Below are positions 19,540 through 32,013 of a stretch of 64,000 nt of DNA, piece after piece. This stretch comes from an uncultured delta proteobacterium (GTDB lineage: Bacteria; Desulfobacterota; Binatia; UBA9968). Made by a program: the position numbers and the translations under genes. The DNA lies in NCBI GenBank assembly GCA_963745835.1, contig CAVUZH010000013.1, positions 128,001 to 192,000 on the forward strand, written 5' to 3'. How positions within the stretch are numbered: position 1 is the stretch's first letter; each line of letters opens with the position of its first letter. The notes beneath the pieces are model-generated. The model made no database searches and had not been told where the DNA came from. It worked only from the letters and a program-made list of their open reading frames with translations.

Positions 19540-22500
19540 CTACAACGCCGCGGTTATCGGCAGCGAAAAAGTAAAACTCGATCCCTTGCCAACCTCGCTC
19601 GTCAGCCAGATTTTGCCGCCGTGCAGCTCGACAAACTTCTTCGCCAAAGTTAATCCGAGTCCGGTCCCTTCGCTCTTGTGCTCGTAATCGGAGCCTACCT
19701 GGCGAAACTCCTCGAAGATCCTGGGCTGGTCCTCAGGCGCGATCCCGATGCCTGTGTCAGTTACCGAGATCTCCACAGCACCGTTACTTTGTATCGCGTT
19801 AATTTCGATCCGGCCTCCCTCCGGGGTGAACTTCACCGCGTTAGACAGCAGATTAAGAAGGATCTGCTTGATCTTTCGCTCGTCGCCGATGAAATCCCCG
19901 AGGCGCTCGTCAATCGCGACATCAACCGTGATGCCATGCCGTGTGGCGCGCTCGCGGACAAAGGTGCGCGCATTGTCTATGGCTAAAGGAAGATCGAATG
20001 TAGCCAGCTCCAGTTCCATGCGGCCGGCCTCGACCTTGGCGAGATCGAGTATCTCATTGATGAGAGATAAAAGATGGCGGCCGGAGGAAAGGATGTCTTC
20101 GGTGTACTCGGCCTGTTTTTCGTTTAATTCACCGAACAGTCTTTCGCCCAATACTTCGGAGAAGCCGATGATGGCATTGAGCGGCGTGCGTAGCTCGTGC
20201 GACATGTTGGCGAGGAATTCGGATTTGTGCCGGTTCGCCGCTTCGATCTGCCGGCTCTTGTCTTCGATCTCGCGGAATAGCCGGGCGTTTTGAATCGCCA
20301 ACACCGACTGCGTCGCAAAGGTTTTCAGAAGCTCGATGACTTCGGGGCGAAACTCGCCGGTCGATTTGCGCCGTACCACCAACCCGCCGATGATGCGGTC
20401 TTCACGCAGCAAGGGAACGGCCAGGCTGGCACGGAAACCGAATCGCTCGAGCAACTGCCGCATGCGCGGCGCGTAAGCGCGCTCTTCTAAGATATTGGGA
20501 ACTTGCACGGGTTCACGGCTCGCCGCGGCCCGTCCGACCACTCCGTCTCCTAACCGTGGTGGATGGGCGCGCAGCGCAGTGATGAGTTCCTCTTCCATAT
20601 GATCGGTGGCGCGCAGGAGAAACTCTTCCGAGGGCTCGTCGTATTCGTAAATCGCCCCGCCGTCGGTGCCGCTTAACTGAACCGCATGGGAAACGATTCT
20701 CGTCAGCACGGTTTCGAGATCTAGAGTCGAGCTTACCGCTTGACCGACTTCGCCGAGCGCTTTCAATTCGCCTACCGAGCGAGTCAATTCGTTGGTGCGT
20801 TCATCTAATTCTTTGAACAGTCGGACATTCTCGATGGCGATGACGGCTTGAGCAGCAAAAGTTTCGAGCAATTTGATTTGTTTGTCTGAGAAGGGTCGAA
20901 CCTCCATTCGCCTAATATTGATTGCGCCAATGGGAGTTCCCTCTCTGAGCATCGGCGCGCTAAGAAATGTCCGGACTCCCCGGCGTACGCCCTCGCTGTC
21001 AGGGAATTCCGTTTTAACTTCCTGGAGATCATGAATATGTAAGGTCTCCCGAGTAGAAATCGCTCGGCCCGTAGGGTTTCCCGGTATGGTGAGCCTAAAC
21101 TCCGGGGCTGGGAGAGTTCCAAACGATGCTGCTAATCGTGTTCCGTCACCCTCAATCAGACGAATCTGTGCATCAGTTGCTTCGCAGAGTCGGGCGGCAT
21201 TTACTGCCACGGTATCTAACACCGGCTGAATATCGGTCGGCGAACTGGCGATGACACTGAGGATCTCGCTCGTGGCAGTTTGCTGTTCCAGAGATTCCTT
21301 TAATTCGGTGAACAGCCGGACGTTCTCGATGGCGATGACCGCTTGATCGGCGAAAGTTTTGAGAAGAGCGATTTGCTTATCGGAGAACGGGCGGACTTCG
21401 GTTCGGCGAATCAAAATAGCTCCGATTGCAACCTCTTCGCGAAGCAATGGTGCAGCCAGGAGAGTACGAATACCGAGTGGTTTAGAGAAAGCATAGCCTT
21501 CGGGAAACTCGGCCTGAGCCTCAGGCGTCAACACGTCAGCTAGGTGTATAACCTCGCGGTCAATCATAGCTCTGCCTGGAGGTAGACCCCGGATGAGAGG
21601 TCTAGCTGAACCGCTTTGAGCAATAGGCATCGTTCCATGAGAGGCCACATGCCGATAGCCGCTGCCGTCAATACGGTAAATAATGGCATCGGTTGCATCA
21701 CAAACTCGCGCGGCATTTTCTGCAACCACATCAAGACAGGCTGAATATCCGTCGGCGAGCTGGCGATCACGCCCAAGATCTCGCTGTCGCAGTTTGCTGT
21801 TCCAGGATTCTTAGTTCGTGAACAGCCGGACGTTTTCGATGGCGATCACCGCTTGGTCGGCGAAGGTTTTAAGAAGAGCGATTTGCTTATCTGTGAACGG
21901 ACGAACTTCGGTTCGCCGGATCAAAATAACTCCGATTGCAACCTCTTCGCGAAGCAGTGGTGCAGCCAGGAGAGTATGAATACCGAGTGGTTTAGAGAAA
22001 GCATAGCCTTCGGGAAATTCGATCTGAGCCTCAGGCGCCAACACATCAGCTACGTGTATAACTTCGCGGTCAATCATAGCTCTGCCTGGAGGTAGACCCC
22101 GGATGAGAGGTCTAGCTGAACCGCTTTGGGCAATAGGCATCGGTTCCATAAGAGGCCACAGGCCGATAGTCACTATCGTCCATACGGTAAATAATGGCAT
22201 CGGTTGCATCACAAACTCGCGCGGCATTTTGTGCAACCACATCGAGCACGGGTTGAATATCGGTCGGTGAGCTGGCGATCACGCCGAGGATCTCGCTGGT
22301 CGCCGTCTGCTGTTCTAACGATTCTTTGAGTTCTTGAAACAACCGCACGTTCTCGATGGCGATGACCGCTTGGTCGGCGAAGGTTTCGAGAAGCTTGATC
22401 TGTGCCGGAGTGAAGGGGCGCACCTCAGTGCGGCGTGCGAACAATCCTCCAACGACTTTTCCATGCTGACGGAGGGGAGCGCCTAAGAACGTGCGCCATC

Positions 22501-25500
22501 CGCTGAGAGAAGGGACAGGTGGAAGATCGTTTTGAGCACGGACATCGGGCACGTGGAGCACGCCATGCTCGCCCATCCAGCGAATCCATGGTTCGTCATC
22601 ATGAATCTCGATGTGTACGACGGGTATGGACCCAATATGAGCTCGCGGAATCATGGTGTTTCCGTCCCTGCAGGCGCAGCAGCACGTCATCGATCCCACA
22701 AACCCGCGCCGCGCTTTCGACAATGGCGTCGAGGACCGGCTGCACGTCTGTCGGCGAGCGGCTGATGATGCCGAGCACCTCGGCGGTTGCGGTCTGATGC
22801 TCCAGGGCTTCGTGCAACTCTGCGTTGCGCTCCTGGAGTTCTTTGAACAGCCGCACGTTCTCAATAGCGATCACTGCCTGGTCGGCAAAAGTCTTGAGAA
22901 GCGCGATCTGTTTGTCTGTAAAGGCACCAGGGTACGATCGGTTTACCCCGATGGCTCCGATGGGCCGTCCTTCGCGGAGCAGCGGCGCGGCTAAGAGAGC
23001 TTTGACCTCTCCGGCATTCTCCGCGTGCAGTCGGAAATCAGGATCTTGTCGTACGTCGGGTATGTGGATCACCGTGGAATCCAGAACTGCACGTTCCATT
23101 GCGGATTCTCTGGTTGGATGGTGCGGGAATCTTCGCCGCATGGCATCGTGCGCTTCCGCCGAGACATTATGCTGGGCAGCTAAGTGGACCATCTCGCCAT
23201 CGAAGCGGACCACGCTGCATCCTGACCCCTCGCACAATCGAGCAGCGTTCTTGACGATAGTGTCGAATACTGGCTGAACATCCGTTGGCGAACTGCTGAT
23301 AACAGAAAGAATCTCACTCGTGGCGGTCTGTTGCTCCAACGATTCGGTGAGATCGCGGTTCCGAATTTCGAGTTCCTTGAACAAGCGGACGTTCTCGATA
23401 GCGATGACCGCTTGGTCGGCAAAGGTTTTGAGGAGCGCAATCTGCTTCTCGAGTAAAGGACGGACTTCGGTGCGGCGGATCATGATCGCTCCGATGGCGA
23501 TACCTTCGCGCAGTAACGGAGTAGCTAAGCATCGTGCGAATCGCCATACTGTGCGACGATACTCCAAGCTCGGAAATTCCTTCTACACGCTCAGCATCAT
23601 GTCTGCATGATGGACAATTTGCCGGTCCACAACCGCACGGCCGACTAACGGACATCCGATCTTAACGGTCGCGTCCCGCCGATGGCAAGATCGGCCACGG
23701 AATATGAACCATAGCTGCAGCTTCAAGACGGATCATTCGCCTTCGACACGGTCAGATTGTCGCATCGTTTGCGTCACACAGACGCGCGCCGCATTCTCGG
23801 CGACCGTATCCAGCACAGGCTGAATATCGGTCGGCGAGCTAGCTATGACGCCCAGGATCTCGCTGGTCGCTGTCTGCTGCTCCAATGCTTCTTTCAGTTC
23901 TCGGAATAATCGCGCGTTCTCGATCGCTATCACGGCCTGGTCGGCGAAGGTTTCGAGGAGCTTGATCTGCGCCGGGGTGAAGGGGCGGACCTCGGTGCGA
24001 CGTGCGAACAGTCCTCCAATCAGTTCGCTTTGCTGACGAAGGGGAACGACCAGGAAGGTCCGCCAGCCGCCGGTAACCGCCATCCGTGAATCGGTCTGGT
24101 CACTGGCGTCGGGAATGTGCAGCGTGCCATGCTCGCGCATCCAGCCAAACTGTGGCTCATCGATACTGATTTCGACGCGGTTGATAACTAAGGGACCAAA
24201 ATGAGCCCGACAAACCATGGCGTTGCCGTCTTGGAGTCGCAACACCACATCATCGATCCCGCAAACCCGCGCGGCGCTCTCGACGATCGCGTCGAGCACC
24301 GGCTGCACGTCCGTGGGCGAGCGGCTGATGATGCTGAGCACCTCGGCGGTGGCCGTCTGATGCTCCAGGGCTTCGCGCAATTCGGAGTTGCGCTCTTCTA
24401 GTTCCTTGAACAGGCGCACGTTCTCGATGGCGATGACCGCCTGGTCGGCGAAGGTTTTGAGGAGAGCGATCTGTTTTTCCGAAAAAGGACGTACTTCGGT
24501 TCGGCGAATATGAATTGCCCCGATCGCAAGTCCTTCGCGCAGTAATGGAGTAGTTAAGATAGTTCGGATCTTGCCGGTGTGAAAACTATCTGAAAATTCC
24601 GCTCTAAACTCCGGCACCAAAACGTCGTGGATGTGCACGGTTTCTTTGTCGATCATCGCTCGGCCGCTCGGAATCGAGCGAATCAGTGGCCGACGCTTCT
24701 CGGAATCGGCCACTGGAGTTGAACCATGCGCCGCGACAAGCCAAAATTCATCGCCGTCAGTACGCCAGATCGCCGCATCGCCCGCATCGCAGAGTCGCGC
24801 GGCGGTCTTGGCGACGATGTCGAGGACAGGCTGAAGGTCCGTCGGCGAGCTGGCGATGACGCCAAGAATCTCATTGGTGGCGGTCTGTTGTTCCAATGAC
24901 TCCTTGAGCTCGTTGAATAATCGTACGTTCTCAAGCGCGATAACAGCCTGATCGGCGAAGGTTTCAACAAGTTTGATTTGATTGTCGGTGAATGGCCGCA
25001 CTTCGTTGTAATGAGAAGTGACGATCACCCCGAGCAGCGTGTCTTCTTTGAGCAACGGCACGGCTAAAGTGCTGAGCCGGTTCTCCCTGCGATACGCATC
25101 GGTCTGGTAAGCATCGAAGCCAGCCGCGGCGACAACATCAGGCACGTGAATGGTTCGTCGCTCCAGAGCCGCGCGTCGGCTTGCAGTCTCTGTTCCGGGC
25201 CGGACCGAGTAGTTTTCCATACGCGCCATATTCTCAGGATCGAGATTGTGTCCCACGGCGAATCGCAGAAATTCGCCATCGAACCGGAATAACGCGGCGT
25301 TCTGTGTGCCGCACAGACGTGTAGCGTTGGCGAGGATCGTCTCGAAGACCGGCTGCAAGTCGGCCGGCGAACTGCTGATCGCGCCCAGAATCTCACTGGT
25401 CGCAGTTTGTTGCTCCAGCGCTTCGCTCAGATCGCGGTTGCGATCCTGCAATTCTTTGAACAGACGAACGTTTTCGATGGCGATGACCGCCTGGTCGGCG

Positions 25501-27848
25501 AAAGTTTTGAGAAGCGCGATTTGCTTGTCTGAGAATGGACGAACCTCAAGACGACGGAAATGAATAACTCCCGAGCGCGACGCCTTCGCGTATCAACGGG
25601 ACGGCAAGAAACGTTCGCGCGACAATCTGACGGCGAGTTTCAAGCATCTCTGGATATTCCGACTCAATCAGCTGATCCACATCCTCATGATGGATAATTG
25701 CCTGATCCATCACGGCTCGCCCTGGCGGTGATTGCCGGTTGATAGGGCGTTCTACCGCTACGTGGGGTATTGATCCGTAATGAGCTGCCAAGCGCAGCAC
25801 GTTTCCATCCACCAACCGCAACACGCCGTCTTTCGCGCCGCACACTCGCGTGGCACGCTCGGTGATGGTTTCTAAGGAGTAACGGCTTGCTGCATGGGTT
25901 CCGCGTGTTGAAATTCGTTTTCAATATCCGCGGCGAGCTCATGGATATGGATCGTTTGCCGATCGAGAATTGCTCGACCGGCGGGCCGTCCACGAGCGAT
26001 CGACATTCCACCCCGGCGAACTGATGGGCATGTAACCATAGACAGCCGCTACTCGAAGAAGGTTACCGTCAGACGATGGATGACGGCCTCTCTGGAATCA
26101 CACAGCTTCGCGGCGTTTTCAGCGACCACGTCCAAGCACCGGCTGGATGTCCGTCGGCGAGCTAGCGATGACGCCCAGGATCTCGACTGGTCGCTGTCTG
26201 CTGCTCCAATGCCTCTGTGAGTTCTTTGAACAGCCGCACGTTCTCGATCGCGATCACGGCCTGATCGGCAAAGGTCTCGAAAAGCTTGATCTGCGCCGGG
26301 GTGAAGGGACGAACTTCGGTGCGACGGGCGATCAGCAATCCAATGAATTCGCTTTGTAGTCGAAGCGGTGCGGCTAAGAAGCAGCGAAAGCCGCTGGCGA
26401 CACCAAACACTGAAAAGTCATCCTGCGCGGCGCGGGTGTCTGGAATGTGGAGCGTGCCATGCTCGCGTATCCAGCGAAAATGTGGGGTGCGGTCAATATT
26501 TAGCTCAACACGGCCACTGGCTATGGATACCGGACCAACATGAGCCCGCGCAACTACAACGTCACCCTCACGCAGTCGCAGCACCACGTCATCGATACCG
26601 CAAACCTTCGCGGCGCTCTCGACGATGGCGTCGAGCACCGGCTGCACGTCCGTCGGCGAGCGGCTGATGATGCCGAGCACCTCGGCGGTTGCGGTCTGAT
26701 GCTCCAGGGCCTCGCGCAATTCCCTGTTGCGCTCGCCGAGTTCCTTGAATAAGCGCACGTTCTCGATGGCGATAACTGCTTGATCGGCGAAGGTTTTAAG
26801 AAGAGCGATCTGTTTGTCCGTGAAGGGGCGAACTTCCGTGCGACGGATTACGACATTTCCAATCGCATCGCCCTCTCGCAGCAATGGCGTAGCCAGGATC
26901 GTGCGCACGCCGGTACGTTCGTAAAGTGTTCTGGCTCCCGGAAATTCAGTATCAAACCCTGCACTAATATCGTGGATGTGAATCGTCTGCCGATCGATAA
27001 TGGCTCGCCCGCCCACATGGCCTCGGTTGAAAACACTCGCTTCGTCGGGCGTAGCCATTGAGCCATAAGAAGCCACTCGACGAAGAAGATCACCCTCAAC
27101 CCGATTGATCTGGGCATCCGTTGCACCGCACAGCCGAGCGGCATTCTCCGCCACCACATCAACACTGGCTGGATATCCGTCGGCGAGCTGGCGATAACCT
27201 GGAGAATTTCGCTCGTGGCAGTCTGCTGCTCGAGATTCCGCATTCCGAGTTGGAGATTCACTCGATTTTTTTGCTGCGAGTTCTTCAAACAGCCGAGCAT
27301 TCTCAATCGCGATCACCGCCTGGTCCGCGAAGGTTTCCAGTAACTTGATCTGCCGCTCTGTAAAAGGTCGAGCCTCGATGCGGCGGAGCAGTATCGCTCC
27401 AATCGGAACACCCCGTCTAAGCAATGGCGTTGAGAGTACAGTCCTATTGCCGTGGCGCTGCGCAAGTTCCCGTGCCCGTGGATACTCCGATACTGGTGTA
27501 TTCAAGATGTCGTGAACGTGAATCGTTTGTCTGTCCAGCATCGATCGGCCCGCGACACTGCCCCGGTCGAGCGGCACACGTTCCTGGCGGGGAGTGACAG
27601 AAATCGGACCATAAGAAGCCACGGCCCGATGTCCCTCATCATCAAGACTCAAAATTTGCGCATCGATAGAATTGCACAACCGCGCTGCGCGCTCGGCAAT
27701 CGCGTCAAGCAAATGCTGAAGATCGCCTGTCGCCGTGGCGATCATCCGCAGGATGTCATTGGTGGCGTTCTCCCGCTGTAACGATTCCGCGAGTTCTCGC
27801 CGCACCTCGGCAATCGTTTGCGCTTTCTTAGATACTCGGCGCTTTCAC
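19540..27848 (-). pseudogene. Giant multi-GAF (~14-15 GAF) histidine kinase, split by many frameshifts
   Basis: [11 protein letters not shown]-type motif counted 14 times across ORFs 26162-27805, 25546-25845, 23733-25451, 22599-23567, 22112-22864, 21811-22242, 19540-21729. C-terminal MSHELRTPL and HATPase boxes intact. Confidence 0.85.
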
Positions 27849-28198
27849 TGCCGCACGGCGGGGTTTTACTTTATTGCTCTGAGAACCTTTTTTAATGTTC
27901 TTTGGCATAAGCAAAAGAGCGAAACTGAGATATCGATCGGGGAGAAAAAGTGCGTGGAGAGGATCGGGGTGCGCCGCGGAAAACAGCTCCCCAGCGGCTC
28001 AGCTAAGTCTTACTTCAGGTGGGCTGGTGGCGTCAATCAAGAAATCACCTCTGCGAGCATGGCGCACCGTCAGTTTGAGATCTGCGGTTTTTGCATCTTT
28101 GCGCCAGGATTTCGCATGGATCTTTGTTACCGCCAGACGCGCCTCACTCCGGTATGCTGTGGTATTGGTCCGTTGGAGAACTCATGCCTTTGAGGCTG

Positions 28199-29182
28199 TC
28201 ATTTAATTATCTGATCCGCCCGTGCAAGCAGGTTCGGCGGAATGGTGACGCCAATCTGTTGGGCAGTCTTGAGATTGATCGACAGATCGAATTTGGTCGG
28301 TTGCACCAGAGTTAAATCTTCCGGCTTGGCGCCTTTGAAAATCTGATCGACATATTCTGCGGCGCGCCGCGACAACTCCGCCAGGTTCGCCCCATAGCTC
28401 AGCAGTCCACCGGCTTCGACAAAAGCGCTTCGATCGTAGATCGCCGGCAGCCGGTGCTTGAGGGCTAGTTGGGCAATCCTCTCGAGATTACTGCTGAACA
28501 TGGCATCGGTGATGACCAAGAGAGCGCTTGCGCCTCCCTTGGAGGCTCTTCCGATGGCGCTGTCTAGCTCGCTGCTGTTACCGGCGCTCACCGATTGAAA
28601 AGTCAGCCCCGAAGAACGCGCTCCGAGTTCAGCATCCTTGAGGCTCCGGCGATGACCCGGATTATTTGGGTTTACCAAGGCATTGATTTGAGAAGCTTTG
28701 GGAAGAATTTGCTTGATCAGTTTCAATCGATCGTCAAAAAAGTCGGCGGACAATCGCGCCACCCCCGTGACGTTGCCGCCCGGATACATGAAACTTTTGA
28801 TGAGTCCCGTCTCCACCAGATCGCCGGCGCCGGCGACAACTATAGGAATGGTGCTCGTGGCTTTCTTGGCGGTGAGCGCAACCCGGGTGCCGCCAACCAC
28901 GATTACATCGACTTTGTCTTCGATCAGCTCGCGCGCGAGTTGTGGCAAGCGCTCGATCTTTCCTTCAGCGTATTTGTATTCGATGACGAGGTTTTGCCCC
29001 TCGACATAGCCGCGGCTCCTTAATCCCTGGCGCAGAGCTTCATCACGGTCCTCATTCATCGATGGTGAGCTTGAAGCCAAGACACCGACTTTCCAGATCT
29101 TCCCCGGCTGTTGTGCCTCTGCGAGTTGGAGCCAACCCAGAGCTAAGTTCAGGAATAGAAACAGCAAGATATTTTTCTTCAT
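28199..29182 (-). CDS. ABC transporter substrate-binding protein (PF04392-like)
   Basis: GYVEGQNLVIEYKYAEG, GGLLSYG, QPTKFDLSINLKTA. Signal peptide from MKKNILL. Confidence 0.92.
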   Translation of the reverse strand: MKKNILLFLFLNLALGWLQLAEAQQPGKIWKVGVLASSSPSMNEDRDEALRQGLRSRGYVEGQNLVIEYKYAEGKIERLPQLARELIEDKVDVIVVGGTRVALTAKKATSTIPIVVAGAGDLVETGLIKSFMYPGGNVTGVARLSADFFDDRLKLIKQILPKASQINALVNPNNPGHRRSLKDAELGARSSGLTFQSVSAGNSSELDSAIGRASKGGASALLVITDAMFSSNLERIAQLALKHRLPAIYDRSAFVEAGGLLSYGANLAELSRRAAEYVDQIFKGAKPEDLTLVQPTKFDLSINLKTAQQIGVTIPPNLLARADQIIK

Positions 29183-29303
29183 GTTCTTCTGGCTCTCGCC
29201 TCCATCACGTGCCTTTGCCTTCGTCATTTTGTTATTTCGCCGCAGGCTGCCTAACAAGAATATCGCCGTACATGCTTCGCCGGATTTCTGCATCTTCTCA
29301 CTC

Positions 29304-30338
29304 CTACTTCGACTCCAGAATCTGTTTAACTCGCTTGACGATCGAGGGCTCGATTTCATACAAGCCCTGCACCATCTTCTCTATGCCGGGTCCATCGATT
29401 GAGTCGATCTCGAGCTTCGCCTTTTCTGCCTCAGCCTTAAGCTGAGGATCCTTGAGAGTATCGATAAAGGCTTTCTGCAGTATTCGCACGCGCTCTTCGG
29501 GGACTTGTGGCGGAAGCGAATAGAGCCTTTGTTTGCCGTAAAGCTCGCTAGCGATCTGAAGGAGCTTTTTGCTTTCGTCGGTTTTGGCGTAATCGACAGC
29601 GAGAGGGACACCCTTCAGCTCGGGATGAGATTCAAGCATCGTCTGCAGCACAACGTGAACCTCTCTTGCCTTCAGCGCGTTGGCCCAAGTCACCTTCGCC
29701 GATTGCCATCCAAAGGCGCAGGTCCCATCGACTTCACCTGTTTCCGCGGCAATTCTGATATCGGCGGTACCCTTGTACCCCTCGATCAGCTGCAGGGGAA
29801 AACCTGTGGCGGCGGCGAGGAGCTTGGTATCATCGGTTCCGCTTGTGCCGGGGCCGATGGCCCCCAGCTTGACCGGTGTTTTAGCCTTGCGCCAATCCTC
29901 CGCCGTTTTTATTCCGCTGCGTTCGGTCGTGATGCATATGAGGGAATCCGCCGTCGGCATGCCGAGCCAGCCAAACTTGCGCCCGTCAAATTGCACCGCG
30001 GGGTTACCCATCAAGTGCTGCAGAATGAGAGGACCGGACCAATGCCCGATGACTGTTCCATCGCGAGGAGCGCTGTTGAAGACGAAATTGGCCGCAATCA
30101 GCATGGCTGCTCCAGGCATGTTTTGAACGACTGTGGAGGGTTTGCCGGGAACGTATTGAGAGAAGTAGCGCGCTATTAGCCGGGTGTAAGTATCATAACC
30201 TCCACCGGCGGATCCACCGACGATGAACTGAATTGCTTTGCCCTTGTAGAACTCCTCGACCGAGGCAGCAATCGCCGACGTGACCAGCGATCCCGAGATA
30301 AAGATAGCAAGCAAAAGTCCACAGAGTGCTTTGGTCAT
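29304..30338 (-). CDS. Tripartite tricarboxylate transporter substrate-binding protein (Bug/TctC)
   Basis: FYKGKAIQFIVGGSAGGGYDTYTR, QNMPGA, GYKG. Confidence 0.92.
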   Translation of the reverse strand: MTKALCGLLLAIFISGSLVTSAIAASVEEFYKGKAIQFIVGGSAGGGYDTYTRLIARYFSQYVPGKPSTVVQNMPGAAMLIAANFVFNSAPRDGTVIGHWSGPLILQHLMGNPAVQFDGRKFGWLGMPTADSLICITTERSGIKTAEDWRKAKTPVKLGAIGPGTSGTDDTKLLAAATGFPLQLIEGYKGTADIRIAAETGEVDGTCAFGWQSAKVTWANALKAREVHVVLQTMLESHPELKGVPLAVDYAKTDESKKLLQIASELYGKQRLYSLPPQVPEERVRILQKAFIDTLKDPQLKAEAEKAKLEIDSIDGPGIEKMVQGLYEIEPSIVKRVKQILESK

Positions 30339-30456
30339 GACCTACCTCCGGGTGATTTGTCTATTCTGGCCGGAGGCTAAGTTGCCCGCGGGGCTCATGT
30401 CAAGCGGTTTGAGAGAAGCTAATCAAAGAGACGCCATATGACACCGAAGCAATTAG

Positions 30457-30515
30457 ATTTGAATTGATCGACGCTTCAACTAAATTCAAGAGGTCTGATG
30501 ATAGGATCAGATGGT
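30457..30515. repeat. TGA-N8-TCA family palindrome (A-type) plus degenerate second site; left end of the TIR unit
   Basis: ATTTGAATTGA TCGACGCT TCAACTAAATT, then GGTCTGA TGATAGGA TCAGATGG. Confidence 0.75.
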
Positions 30516-30685
30516 CGGTTCTAACTTTGAATGCCCCCACCACTTTTGTTAACGTCCGCAAATTTCCGCGGCGAATGCGCTGCCTTAAAAACGTTAATGG
30601 AACTGTAGCTAAATAGTACTGCCTATTGGCAGCCTGCAGATGCAGCGAAATATGAAAACTTTCGACAAGACTACGGTCGGGGGAT

Positions 30686-30934
30686 TTACAGATTGGGATC
30701 AAAATCGATGACGATCTCAGAAGATGCTTCGGGGTAAAGTTTCTTCGCCCATGCGAGCAGATCTTCTGCGCTTCTACGCTCGCATTGAATGTTTACCACC
30801 GTATAGTCGCCTTCCGCATTGCTTACGTCTGTAATTACCCCGGCTTTCAAAAGTTGATACTCGTTGCTGACGCTTTTGCAACGGCTCAGAAGGCCATTGT
30901 AAAGCTCTATTGGGATTGTGACCAGAACGCTCAT
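30686..30934 (-). CDS. Small hypothetical protein
   Basis: 82-aa ORF, globular composition. Confidence 0.5.
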   Translation of the reverse strand: MSVLVTIPIELYNGLLSRCKSVSNEYQLLKAGVITDVSNAEGDYTVVNIQCERRSAEDLLAWAKKLYPEASSEIVIDFDPNL

Positions 30935-31025
30935 ATTTCACGACTTCCAGTTAGTCGACTGACCAAGCCGCGCCAGCTGTTACAGGTGCTAAAAAGTTAC
31001 TTCTCAAGCCGGTTGTTGGACGGCA

Positions 31026-31778
31026 TCAAACTTTAGCCTTCAACTTTGCTGCCCATTGTCGTCCGAGATCCGTTAGCGCAACTATATCTGCAATGTCATA
31101 CACCCCATCTGATTTGAGCTCTCCAATATTCCGGCCACTGTGCTTTCGAATCAGTCCTATCGAACGGAGATGTCGCAGTTCTGAACGGACAATACCACCG
31201 CCTTTGTAGCCCCTCGTCTTGCCATCTGCGATATTTAGGAGGTGCTTCTGCTCTGGTTCTGGGATCAAGACTGATAGCACTAAACCTATGTCTTGCGGGT
31301 TCGGCACCGCCGCGTCATGTAACACTGCGTGCTTACGAATTGTAGTACGAATATCGTGACACGCTGGGCCCAACGCGGCTTGAAGTCGATCGGGTCGAGA
31401 AGGCGGCTGGAACCTCGCGGTCGTAATGCCAAGCAAGTCAGTGGGCAGGTGGAAGTCCGCCGAATCTTTCGGCATCAATATGAAACTACGGTCTCGACCA
31501 AGACGTCCGATGAAAAGACCAAGTTCAAAAACAACATTGTCCCTGGCCGTCACCATTTCCATGCCACGTATTTTGATCAGGTCATCGGGACCGAAAATGA
31601 ACAAGCCGAATTCTGTGTCTTCGAGCGCCTCCAGTAACGATTCAAGATAGGACTTGGTCAGCTCAAAGATACCTTGCGTCCATACAATGACTTCCGCCAC
31701 GTCCTCAAGGTTTTTCTGAGCTGCGTATGCCACGTCGAGACTCTCAGACGAAGATCCAACAAAAAGGGCTGGTTTCAT
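31026..31778 (-). CDS. TIR-like nucleotide-binding protein (CAP12/Pycsar-effector TIR family), gene cassette
   Basis: LFVGSSSES, WTQGIF, FGPDD, ARDNVVFELGLFIGRLG, PTDLLGI. Flanked by GTTAGACGGC (31806-31797) and GCCGTCCAAC (31024-31015). Confidence 0.9.
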   Translation of the reverse strand: MKPALFVGSSSESLDVAYAAQKNLEDVAEVIVWTQGIFELTKSYLESLLEALEDTEFGLFIFGPDDLIKIRGMEMVTARDNVVFELGLFIGRLGRDRSFILMPKDSADFHLPTDLLGITTARFQPPSRPDRLQAALGPACHDIRTTIRKHAVLHDAAVPNPQDIGLVLSVLIPEPEQKHLLNIADGKTRGYKGGGIVRSELRHLRSIGLIRKHSGRNIGELKSDGVYDIADIVALTDLGRQWAAKLKAKV

Positions 31779-31796
31779 CGACAGTACCTTTCTGCT

Positions 31797-31990
31797 GCCG
31801 TCTAACTATTAGGTGAGCCGACGTAGGCAGCGAGAATTAGCGGTCAGCCTATCTCCGCGACGGCTCGGACAAAAATGGTCCAAATCATTCGCAATATCCA
31901 TCAGGTAACCGAGCTTTGTCAACGTAAGTCTCCGCGAAAAGCCGACCGGCACGGCGACATATCTACTTAACAATCGGCGGCTTATTTCGG
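31797..31990 (-). mobile_element. attI-like platform, copy 2
   Basis: Homologous to 8036-8223, ends at GTTAGAC just upstream of the TIR gene RBS. Confidence 0.7.
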
Positions 31991-32013
31991 CCAGACCATC
32001 GCGAAAGCCCGGG

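Noticed and set aside
21310-22310. Near-identical GAF duplication as a DGR template/variable repeat pair
   Set aside because: Whole-domain tandem duplication, differences not obviously adenine-specific, no reverse transcriptase in the window.
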